Of a stretch of DNA of 64,000 nt, positions 63,651 through 64,000 are shown piece after piece. A program made the position numbers and the translations under genes. The stretch is taken from NCBI GenBank assembly GCA_013239625.1, contig MU054204.1, positions 210,879 through 274,878 of the forward strand, written 5' to 3'. Source of the DNA: Lama guanicoe (lineage: Eukaryota). The notes beneath the pieces were generated by a model. That model made no database searches. It worked only from the letters and a program-made list of their open reading frames with translations, and was not told the origin of the DNA. The number at the start of each line of letters is the position of its first letter. Positions within the stretch are counted from its first letter, which is position 1.

Positions 63651-64000
63651 GTGCTATACAAGTTCCCTAACTGAATCAGCAACTACATTGGAAGCCAGAA
63701 GTGAATGCTTTTAACTGGGAGACTGTGTTGAGATAACTTTTCATTCATTGACTGATGCTCTGGGGGAGAACCAGGTGGCACTTACCAGGATGTGGTCCTC
63801 AGGCCCCTCTTCTTTGATCAGTTTCACCTGGAAGCACTTCTCCTTTCAAGCAAACATTTGTGAAAGGTTTCCCTTTGATTACAGCAATTACCTTTATCAA
63901 TTTAAACTGAAGTGAAACAATGAATAATTTGTTGTCTTTTATTGTAATATAACATCAGTTATATATAAGGGCCCGCTCTTTTCAGCAGGGACTCTTTCAT

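Overview
Mammalian non-coding DNA, almost certainly camelid: it has eight copies of the tRNA-derived Vic-1-type SINE and many young camelid-type L1 3' ends. No protein-coding gene, RNA gene or CRISPR array can be supported, and the only recognisable ORFs in the track are L1 ORF2 C-termini and pieces of a Gypsy pol. The window is intronic or intergenic and dominated by L1 (young and L1M-age), L2, MIR, MaLR/ERV1 LTRs and hAT MITEs. Main observations: (1) a decayed Ty3/Gypsy pol fossil (RT fragment, RNase H end, zinc finger and integrase, minus strand, ~46.2-47.6 kb) read across frameshifts; (2) a 198-bp, ~97.5%-identical inverted repeat of non-TE sequence (58232-58429 / 60600-60797) around a 2.17-kb old spacer; (3) a ~250-bp direct repeat exactly flanking an old L1, possibly a giant target-site duplication; (4) a second diverged local duplication (54366/56446); (5) a TE-poor candidate enhancer with clustered posterior-HOX/CDX and AP-1 motifs; (6) several unusual L1-mediated micro-insertions. 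Repeat family names come from recalled consensus sequences, and boundaries are approximate unless fixed by a TSD.
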